A stretch of DNA of 64,000 bases from the IMG/VR virus record IMGVR_UViG_3300029309_000009, positions 1-64,000 of that record; one strand, 5' to 3'. The notes beneath the pieces were generated by a model. That model had not been told where the DNA came from. It saw nothing but the letters and a program-made list of their open reading frames with translations, and did not search any database. This stretch comes from an uncultured virus (IMG/VR IMGVR_UViG_3300029309_000009) (lineage: Duplodnaviria; Heunggongvirae; Uroviricota; Caudoviricetes). Within the stretch, counting starts at the first letter, position 1, and the number at the start of each line of letters is the position of its first letter. Shown piece by piece: positions 57,337 to 64,000 of this stretch. Position numbers and translations under genes: made by a program.

Positions 57337-58692
57337 ATGGCAACTCCGGATGAAAAAAGAGAAGCGGCTCAAAGACTAGAACAGGTGGCCGATTTAGAGG
57401 AGGAGGCTAAAGATGCTCAGTCGGAAATAGAAGAAACATTGAATGTTACTCTAGATGATTTCATAGGCAAGTTTAGCATCATTGATGAATCAGAAGCCAT
57501 AACTAAGATTTGTCAAGAATTTAAAATGAATGCTTCTCAAGCAAGAAGGCACTTAGATATGTTCCCAAATAAGTATTTAGTTCAAGAACAATATGTTCCC
57601 GATATTATTAAAACGATGCGAAAAACTAGAAGGAAGTTAAAGGGTGAAAGTAGAACTAAAATGAGTAAGGCTATTGATACCTTAATTGATGGATATTCAG
57701 ACCATTTAGATAAATGTATTAACACTATTTATTGGTTAAGACCGTATAAAGAAACGCTGCAAAAGATGAGATATACTGAAGGAGACCTATTGAAAATTCA
57801 CGGTATAAAAGATATTGAAGGAAGGAGAGAAGTTATTGATTTACTATGCAAATTTTGGGAAGCGGAGTTAGAACAAAAGGATATGGCATACGGTCAAAGA
57901 TATTGCCAGTTGCAGAAAACAATGAATAATTCTAAAAGACAATTTAGGAAAAAAATTACAGATTTGTCTAAAATACGAAAAACTATCAAAGAAGAAACTA
58001 ATGATTTTATTTTGAAGGCAGTTTGTAACCATCAAGGTATAAGTGCTAGAGAGATATTAGATATGATGCCAAGTAATCTCTACAAGCGAAACACTATGAA
58101 AGTAATTCCTCAACTAATTAGAAAATTAGATATTACTGATGTAGAAGGCTGCTACTATAAATTAGATGATACCATAAAGAAAAATATCTATGCTTACACT
58201 GCGGCTTTCATAGATTCTGATGGATATATTACGGTTGATAGAAACATGAATCCTAGAGTCGGTTTAGTTGCCACCGGAGATAGGGGGAAGGCTTTCATGA
58301 TTGAGATTCATAAAGCATTGGGAGTAGGAAGACTACATTTAGACCAAAAATCTCCACAAAATACTAGACCTGTTAATCGCCTTAATTTTTATTCTCAAGC
58401 AGATGTTACTGAATTATTGACAAAGTGCCTACCGCACTTTAGAATGAAAGGAAAGAATGCTGAATTACTTTTAGAATTAGTAAGAATGAAAAAATCACAT
58501 AAAAAAGCAGATTGGTATAAGTCTAGATGTGATGAAATTTTTAAACTAATGAAGTATGAAAATCATAAAGACCATGTAGGATACGATTTTGCTAAAGATA
58601 ATATAGACATTGAAACTGTTGCTAAATTGCACGATAATTGCAAAATGAGTTTAATGGATGAACTAGAAAATGTTGGGGCGATATTAGCATGA
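57337..58692 (+). CDS. Helical/wHTH protein fused to C-terminal LAGLIDADG endonuclease domain
   Basis: YTAAFIDSDGYI motif, LLTKCLPHFRMKG...; start at MATPDE after GGAGG SD. Confidence 0.75.
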   Translation: MATPDEKREAAQRLEQVADLEEEAKDAQSEIEETLNVTLDDFIGKFSIIDESEAITKICQEFKMNASQARRHLDMFPNKYLVQEQYVPDIIKTMRKTRRKLKGESRTKMSKAIDTLIDGYSDHLDKCINTIYWLRPYKETLQKMRYTEGDLLKIHGIKDIEGRREVIDLLCKFWEAELEQKDMAYGQRYCQLQKTMNNSKRQFRKKITDLSKIRKTIKEETNDFILKAVCNHQGISAREILDMMPSNLYKRNTMKVIPQLIRKLDITDVEGCYYKLDDTIKKNIYAYTAAFIDSDGYITVDRNMNPRVGLVATGDRGKAFMIEIHKALGVGRLHLDQKSPQNTRPVNRLNFYSQADVTELLTKCLPHFRMKGKNAELLLELVRMKKSHKKADWYKSRCDEIFKLMKYENHKDHVGYDFAKDNIDIETVAKLHDNCKMSLMDELENVGAILA

Positions 58693-58835
58693 GTTATTGC
58701 GGAAGGTGTTATTTCTTTGAGAATGAATACCCTTTCGGGTATTGCGAATCTTGTTGGATTAAGGCCGGAAAACCAACACCTATGTCACAAAGCATTGATA
58801 AGAGATAGGCGGGTCGTAAAGACAGGGGTGTTGAT

Positions 58836-60467
58836 ATGGCAGAGAAAAGAAGGTTCTCCTTGACTAATTTATTTAGGAAGACTACTCCTACTCCAACGGA
58901 TAGAGAGATATACAATATCGGAATACAAGAGAAAACTCCTGCTCAGATGCTAAATGGGCCATTGATTTACAATATAGTTCAAAATTCTGTGATAACTAGA
59001 ACCTGTTTGACACAACTAAAACAAGAAGTTTTCAGAAGGGGATATATTTGGGAAAAGGCATATGAGGCTAGATGTGAGGAATGCGGTAAGGAGCATAAGA
59101 GGCCGGTTAAGGAATGTATGAGGTGTGGTAGTGAAAAATTACAAGTTCCTAATGTTAAGCAATTAGAATATGCTGAGAAATTTTTAGAAGGATATGTTAA
59201 TGCTTCTGAACAACTTTTCATTGATGTTCTTAGAGAACTAGAAGATGATTTGAATATTATGGATGATGCCTATATTGTATTCGTAAAGGAGTATTATATT
59301 GATGGTAATGGAAAAATTAGGATGCACAGAATAAAAGAAATTTATCGTGGAGACCCTGTAAGTATGCACATATATGCTGATGAAGAAGGTGTAAGAGGGA
59401 CTAAAGGTTTTACTTGTATTCATCATAGAGATTTTATTTCTAAAGAACCTCATGATTTATGTGAAAGATGTGGGGATGCTCTTTATCCTGTTCATTATGT
59501 TAATAGGGCTAAAGGAGATGACCAATATTTCATAAAAGGCGAAGTGTTACATTTTAGTAAATATAGTCCTAGTAGACTTTATGGCCTATCTCCTATAATG
59601 ACTCTTTACAATCATATTATGACTCTTATCGCTATGGAAAATTATGTCAATGCTTCCTATACTAAGAGCAGAATGCCGAGAGGAATGCTTGCCGTTCAAA
59701 CTAGAAATATGGAATCAATGATGGCTTTTTGGCGTGGAGTCAAAGAAAGAATGGAGCAAGACCCTCATTATATTCCTGTAATGGGAATAGAAGCCGAAGG
59801 AGGAAAGGGTTCTATTGAATGGATTAAATTTATGGATAGTCTAAAAGAAATGGAATATGTTTCCGTCAAAGATGATTTGCGAGATAGAATATCTGCTTTT
59901 TATGGAGTTAGTAAGATATTTATGGCAGACAATACTACTAGCGGAGGATTAAATAATGAGGGTATGCAGATACTTGTTACTAATCGTGCAGTGCAAATGG
60001 CGCAAAATGTCTACAATGAATATGTATTTCCATTCTTAACTACTCAATTTGGAATTACTGATTGGAAACTCAAATTACCACCATCTGAAGAAGAAGATGA
60101 AATTGCAGTTCTTCGTAAGAGAGAAATAGAAGTCAATATTGCTGCATCTACTAAGAATCTAGGATTTGAAATAGAAATGGATGAAGATGGAAACTTTACC
60201 TTCACCAAACCGGAAGTAGAAAAAGAGGAACCTGCTGATGAAGAAATGTTACAGCCCGACCCACTTGCAGGGTCTAATTTAGACCAAAGAGATTTAGATG
60301 AACAGGCTAGAATATTTGCTCAAGGTGGAGGAAATCAGCAACAAAATTCACCGGCAACTAGAAATAAACCGAGTATGGAGACAGGGCCGGATAAGAGGTT
60401 TAGTGGACTTCCTAAAGAAGCAGGAAATCAGAATGTAGATTCAAGAACAGAAAGGAGAGTTGGTTGA
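58836..60467 (+). CDS. Portal protein
   Basis: DLNIMDDAY, EVLHF...YGLSPI, ISAFYGV portal motifs; downstream of TerL; Zn-finger inserts. Confidence 0.85.
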   Translation: MAEKRRFSLTNLFRKTTPTPTDREIYNIGIQEKTPAQMLNGPLIYNIVQNSVITRTCLTQLKQEVFRRGYIWEKAYEARCEECGKEHKRPVKECMRCGSEKLQVPNVKQLEYAEKFLEGYVNASEQLFIDVLRELEDDLNIMDDAYIVFVKEYYIDGNGKIRMHRIKEIYRGDPVSMHIYADEEGVRGTKGFTCIHHRDFISKEPHDLCERCGDALYPVHYVNRAKGDDQYFIKGEVLHFSKYSPSRLYGLSPIMTLYNHIMTLIAMENYVNASYTKSRMPRGMLAVQTRNMESMMAFWRGVKERMEQDPHYIPVMGIEAEGGKGSIEWIKFMDSLKEMEYVSVKDDLRDRISAFYGVSKIFMADNTTSGGLNNEGMQILVTNRAVQMAQNVYNEYVFPFLTTQFGITDWKLKLPPSEEEDEIAVLRKREIEVNIAASTKNLGFEIEMDEDGNFTFTKPEVEKEEPADEEMLQPDPLAGSNLDQRDLDEQARIFAQGGGNQQQNSPATRNKPSMETGPDKRFSGLPKEAGNQNVDSRTERRVG

Positions 60468-60696
60468 TATGACAGAAGATTTGAAACAAAAAGAAATACG
60501 GCTAAGAAAAGAACTAGCAAAAATAAAAACACAGAATTCTGCCGAGTCTAGGACAGTAGAGAAAAATCGTGACTTTGATATTGCGGGAATAGATGTAAGG
60601 ACTACTCATAAAGCAACTCATGGTGGCGCAGAAGTTCCCGATGTAGTTTTACTTCCTAAAAGAAAGCGCAACCGAAAAGAAAATATTCCTTTCTGA
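60460..60696 (+). CDS. Small hypothetical protein
   Basis: 78-aa ORF overlapping portal end. Confidence 0.5.
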   Translation: MVDMTEDLKQKEIRLRKELAKIKTQNSAESRTVEKNRDFDIAGIDVRTTHKATHGGAEVPDVVLLPKRKRNRKENIPF

Positions 60697-60706
60697 GAGT
60701 GATATT

Positions 60707-62440
60707 ATGCTTCTTAAAAACAGAGAAAAATATATAGAAGCAGCACAAACTAAAACTGAAAAGGAACGAGAAGAACGTATCAAATCTCAAAATTCTAAAT
60801 ATAGAACATACCGGAGAGTAATGAAGATATTAAAACAAATGAAAAGAGATGGGACATTTGAAAAAAGAAGTCAAAGATTAAACAAACTAATATCTTCAAT
60901 ATCCGGTTCATCTTCTCCTCAATTTAAATTAGAGAGAATTTTATTTTCATTTAGTAAATTAAAAGAAGTAGATTTTTTAGTTAGTGAAATGGAAGATGCA
61001 GAAAATAAAGTTGAGTCGCCTAAAGAAATTCAAGATAGCATAAAATCATCTTTATTTGAGGAAGAAGTTGTTTCTACTTTAGTAGCCTCTATATATTCAG
61101 TTGATGCTGATGTAGAAGAAATAAAACAGTCGGGAATATTGCATAACCTTTACGATGAACTTGACCCTCCTCCCGAAATATTTTACTTACAAGGAGAACC
61201 TAGCAAAATAACAGTTGTTACTTTAGATGAAAGGGATACAGATAGAATAGATAGGTATATGGATATAATATTTAAAGAAAAATTGCTTGATATTTCTACT
61301 GAGCCATATGAAACAAAGACTACTCTATTTGAAGTCTTGCAAGAATTATATTTAGATGCGTTTGGAGAGTATCCTACATTTATGATAAAATCTAAAAATA
61401 TTGCTGGCTTTCTTTCCGGAATGAAATCTAACATATTAAGAAAACTTGGTAATAGAGAAACAAACAAAGAATCTTCCATCATAAAACCTTCTCTCCAAGA
61501 TTCTACTAACATTCTTCCTAAAGATAAAAGTTTTACACAACTAATTGAAGAAAAGATTGAAATTCTAAAAAATCAAAGAAAAATGTTAAGATTAGAATTA
61601 GATATTTATTCTAAAATAAATATTGAGAAGGAGATGCAAAAGTATCAAGGCATAATTGAAAAAGAAGTTGAGAGGGCCACTAAACAATTCGATGAACTTA
61701 GGCAAAGATTTTCACAAGCGAAAAAAGAAAAAGAGGTTTTGGAAAATAAGAAAAAATCTATGGAAGAAGCAGCAGGAAAATTAACTGCTTCTGAATATGT
61801 AAAAGCAAAAGAAGAAATTGATAAGGTTAATGAGTCTCTATCTGAATTTTCAAGAATACTCTCTGTCCTACAAACAGAAGGTGGAAATTTGAAAAGAAAG
61901 ATGGAAGTTTTAGGTAGGGCGGGGATGGCCGAAGAAAGTGTTAGAACCAAAGTAGAATCTGAACTTTATGATGAATTTTCTGAACAGTTAGATAATATAG
62001 AGGAGTTAAGCCAAACCATTTCTAAGTTAGAAAGAGAATTATCTTTACCTAAACCGATTAAAAATAAAATTAAAAGGGTAACTAAAAAATTTGACGCTAA
62101 CGTATTAGAGGCAGACGAATATAGAGAATATATTACTACTCTTACTTCTTATGAAAGAATATTAATGCAAGTAGGCAGAATGATAGGTAAGGAGATAAAA
62201 GAAATGAAATCTTACTTAACTAAAAATCAAAACGCTTTAGAAAATACTGCCGATTATTTTATTCGGCTGGCAAATTCTACCGATGAAGAAGAAAACGAAG
62301 AAAATTTAGGAATTGTTAGGAGATTAAATAGAAAGACTTTAACTGAATCTGACTTGGAAGAAATACAGGAGAACATATCTGAAGCACTTCAGTTGAGAAG
62401 AAAAATAATCAATATAACTGAAAAAGCAAAGGAGGAATAG
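60707..62440 (+). CDS. Long coiled-coil protein
   Basis: 577 aa, E/K-rich heptads in C-half. Confidence 0.6.
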   Translation: MLLKNREKYIEAAQTKTEKEREERIKSQNSKYRTYRRVMKILKQMKRDGTFEKRSQRLNKLISSISGSSSPQFKLERILFSFSKLKEVDFLVSEMEDAENKVESPKEIQDSIKSSLFEEEVVSTLVASIYSVDADVEEIKQSGILHNLYDELDPPPEIFYLQGEPSKITVVTLDERDTDRIDRYMDIIFKEKLLDISTEPYETKTTLFEVLQELYLDAFGEYPTFMIKSKNIAGFLSGMKSNILRKLGNRETNKESSIIKPSLQDSTNILPKDKSFTQLIEEKIEILKNQRKMLRLELDIYSKINIEKEMQKYQGIIEKEVERATKQFDELRQRFSQAKKEKEVLENKKKSMEEAAGKLTASEYVKAKEEIDKVNESLSEFSRILSVLQTEGGNLKRKMEVLGRAGMAEESVRTKVESELYDEFSEQLDNIEELSQTISKLERELSLPKPIKNKIKRVTKKFDANVLEADEYREYITTLTSYERILMQVGRMIGKEIKEMKSYLTKNQNALENTADYFIRLANSTDEEENEENLGIVRRLNRKTLTESDLEEIQENISEALQLRRKIINITEKAKEE

Positions 62441-62442
62441 TT

Positions 62443-62781
62443 ATGACTTGGGATTGGTATGGAGATATTTTAAAAGATGAAGGAAAAATATTGGCTTCAT
62501 TAGATAAAAAGGAAAGAAAGGCGTTAAAGAAAACCCTTCAATCCGCAGAACCTAGTGAATATTTTGGTCAAGATTTTACTAAATTAGGGGAACTTTTAGA
62601 TATGATTAAAGAGTTAGATTTGGTTAAAACAGATAAGACATTATCTAAGAAGTTAGAAACAATGGATGAGGCCAACTTAGATATATTAGCCACAGCCAGC
62701 AAACTTCGTAAAGAGTATGAAGTTCTTTATAGACAAATTAGAAAAATAGTATATCCAAAAAGAGGAGGAGATTTAAGATGA
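62443..62781 (+). CDS. MTWD[WY]Y-type tagged protein (MTWDWYGDILK)
   Basis: Tag hybrid of both motif classes; GGAGG SD. Confidence 0.6.
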   Translation: MTWDWYGDILKDEGKILASLDKKERKALKKTLQSAEPSEYFGQDFTKLGELLDMIKELDLVKTDKTLSKKLETMDEANLDILATASKLRKEYEVLYRQIRKIVYPKRGGDLR

Positions 62782-63017
62782 CAGAAATAAATGAAGAAAT
62801 AGTAATGTTACTAAAGACATTAGTAGAGAGAGTTCAGCAATTAGAAAAGGTAGCATATAATGATGACAATGTTTTAATGAAGTCGGGATTTGTTGTTACT
62901 AATAGCCCTACCCCATCAATGAATAACAAAGCCGCTTCTGCATTTTCTATGGATAGTGTGGCTAATATGTCCTTTGAAGAAATGGCTAAAATAATTGAAA
63001 AGGCAGGTGGAAGATAA
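62778..63017 (+). CDS. Small hypothetical protein
   Basis: 79 aa, GGAGG SD. Confidence 0.5.
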   Translation: MTEINEEIVMLLKTLVERVQQLEKVAYNDDNVLMKSGFVVTNSPTPSMNNKAASAFSMDSVANMSFEEMAKIIEKAGGR

Positions 63018-63280
63018 TGACTTGGGATTATTATAATGATAAAGAAATAAAAAAGAGCGAAACTTATAGTATGGTTATGTCTGTAAGTGTTCTTCTAGAA
63101 AAAGATGGCGAACAGGTAGAGGCACACGAACTTAATATTTCTGAAAGGGAGTTGCATGGAATAGTTCAAGATATTCTAAAACAGGCTAAAGGCACAAGAT
63201 ATTCTACTGAAGTAGAAGATGATGAAGGGGAAGAAACTCTTATCGAAGTGACTATTGAAGATGTTTCAGAAAATAGGTGA
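63017..63280 (+). CDS. MTWDYY-type tagged protein
   Basis: MTWDYYNDKEIKK; acidic. Confidence 0.55.
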   Translation: MTWDYYNDKEIKKSETYSMVMSVSVLLEKDGEQVEAHELNISERELHGIVQDILKQAKGTRYSTEVEDDEGEETLIEVTIEDVSENR

Positions 63281-63285
63281 GTGAA

Positions 63286-63525
63286 ATGACTTGGGACTAT
63301 TACAATATTAAGAAAGAAGAAGAAACACTTACTTCTAGTAATACTATTACTGATTCTAGAAGTGCTGATTCTTATTTGTCTATGAGAACTCGACTAAACA
63401 AAGCGTTTGATGCTATTTATGATTTAATCAATCCCCTTGTAGAGCAAGAAGTTTTGGACTATCAAGAAGATTTAATGGAATTTACAAGAGTAGTGGATAA
63501 AATTATGAAAAAACTAGGTGAGTAA
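63286..63525 (+). CDS. MTWDYY-type tagged protein
   Basis: MTWDYYNIKK at ATG 63286. Confidence 0.55.
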   Translation: MTWDYYNIKKEEETLTSSNTITDSRSADSYLSMRTRLNKAFDAIYDLINPLVEQEVLDYQEDLMEFTRVVDKIMKKLGE

Positions 63526-63892
63526 AATGCCGGAAAGAATGACAAAAGAAGAAGCAAAAATACAGCGAGCAATCGAAGCCGCTAGAATAGCAAAGCAAAC
63601 TCTACTAGAAGAAACAAGGGATAGAATGCCACTAGAGGTAGAAGAAGATTTAGTTAAGGTTACTAGACCAAAGGCTGAAAATGTTACTATTAAAATTCCT
63701 AATCAAGATAAGGAAGGCTACGGTCTTGCAGGTGTAGAGAAGGATTATACAATTAAAAAATCTGATTCTAGATTCATAATGTCAGAATTTGCCGAGATGG
63801 ATGAAGATGAATTGAGAAGTATGGTTATGGAAAAAATAGAAAACATGACTAAAATGGAATTAGTAGAAATTCTAGAAAATTATAGATTGTGA
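63518..63892 (+). CDS. Hypothetical protein
   Basis: 124-aa ORF. Confidence 0.5.
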   Translation: MSKMPERMTKEEAKIQRAIEAARIAKQTLLEETRDRMPLEVEEDLVKVTRPKAENVTIKIPNQDKEGYGLAGVEKDYTIKKSDSRFIMSEFAEMDEDELRSMVMEKIENMTKMELVEILENYRL

Positions 63893-64000
63893 TGCTCTAT
63901 GTCACTAACCGGCCTTCTATTTGAGAAGGAAACTGAATCCGTTTCTGATAAAATTCTCTCGCTCTTTGAAAAAACTAGAGTGGCTTATTTATCTGCTAAA

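Noticed and set aside
107..61950. Numerous antisense ORFs in the track (e.g. 5069-5494, 9219-9650, 25991-26716, 45552-45977, 48606-49013)
   Set aside because: They shadow well-supported genes on the opposite strand, lack SD motifs and have S/I/L/F-biased composition typical of reverse-frame artefacts.
1..64000. tRNA/rRNA genes or stop-codon reassignment
   Set aside because: No cloverleaf with T-loop consensus was spotted by eye (tRNAscan-SE would be decisive); core genes are full length under the standard code with all three stops used.

Overview
This is a 64-kb AT-rich slice of a large tailed dsDNA virus (Caudoviricetes) with an archaeal-type information machinery. The gene set (PolB, clamp, RFC, PriS-PriL primase, ATP ligase, XPF/ERCC4, TFB, GroEL/GroES) and pervasive GGTGA/GAGGTGA Shine-Dalgarno motifs suggest a magrovirus-like virus of marine Poseidoniales (MGII) archaea; this is an inference, no database search was possible. 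Layout: (1) 1-6.5 kb, + strand, end of the tail/fibre module; (2) 6.6-41.6 kb, - strand, replication/repair genes (including a PolB split in two genes), chaperonins, host-takeover genes and an early region with repeated palindromes, an iteron cluster and an Ocr-like gene; (3) 42-64 kb, + strand, head/packaging region (TerS candidate, TerL, portal) filled with small ORFs. Top leads: (a) a virus-encoded ubiquitin/SAMP-like set: E1 (ThiF/UbaA) + JAB/JAMM protease + a 66-aa beta-grasp-like protein ending in GG, flanking a viral TFB and a possible E2-like protein; (b) more than 20 otherwise unrelated head-region proteins sharing an N-terminal M-x-W-x-x-[ILV]-L-K tag, carried on short DNA junction repeats, reminiscent of a capsid-targeting/processing signal that new cargo genes can capture; (c) a T7 Ocr-like DNA mimic as the first early gene; (d) a ~700-nt hairpin-dense non-coding tract. 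All calls are from reading motifs by eye. Two 10-N assembly gaps are present (13791-13800, 38078-38087).
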